A DNA stretch of 64,000 bases from an uncultured Candidatus Micrarchaeota archaeon (GTDB lineage: Archaea; Micrarchaeota; Micrarchaeia; Anstonellales; Bilamarchaeaceae), in assembly GCA_963714085.1 (NCBI GenBank), contig OY970229.1, forward strand, positions 312,392-376,391, written 5' to 3'; not shown here. Position 1 is the first letter of the stretch. Below are more model-generated notes on this DNA. The model saw nothing but the letters and a program-made list of their open reading frames with translations, was not told the origin of the DNA and did no database searches.

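Noticed and set aside
63890-63892. GTG at 63892 as the start codon of gene A.
   Set aside because: The frame is open upstream to the window edge. The position is inside a beta-helix repeat, and no signal peptide follows.

Overview
All of this 64-kb window except a 261-nt spacer (24752-25012) is coding sequence of two head-to-tail giant genes on the minus strand.

Gene A (25013..>64000) is one uninterrupted frame of 12,995 sense codons inside the window. It is still open at the right edge, because the 'M' at 63892 in the ORF track is an internal GTG.

Gene B starts at ATG 24751 with a Sec-type signal peptide. It hits a TAG at 18371 because of a 1-nt frameshift at ~18413, shown by alignment to gene A. 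It then continues in another frame, open, to the left edge (~8,250 codons in-window).

Both genes are paralogous mosaics of four kinds of unit:
- Right-handed beta-helix (PbH1/NosD-like) modules. Each opens with a conserved C-P-V-I-[ST]-x-P-G ... G-A-P-N-D-A-S ... A-C-V-K-I motif, and most close with a beta-sandwich cap.
- LamG/ConA-like lectin cassettes.
- One NIDO-like segment plus one Cys-rich SUEL-lectin-like segment.
- Very long arrays of ~94-aa two-Cys Ig-like domains (~64 in A, >=32 in B). These are organised in 3-domain super-repeats and ~1.69-kb (6-domain) higher-order repeats.

Gene A ends with a Pro6/Gly11 hinge, two CarboxypepD_reg-like sandwiches around a 10-Cys segment, one TM helix and a short basic/Pro-rich tail. 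N-x-S/T sequons are extremely dense throughout.

The spacer carries a plus-strand tRNA-Arg with anticodon GCG, an archaeal-type anticodon. It also has AT-rich TATA-like boxes at archaeal spacing for both the tRNA and gene B. I therefore read the locus as archaeal, with moderate confidence.

No mobile elements, CRISPR arrays or rRNA were seen. Every other ORF in the track is a shadow frame of the two giants. Domain names are motif-level calls made by eye, not HMM results, and sub-gene coordinates are approximate (+/- ~30 nt).
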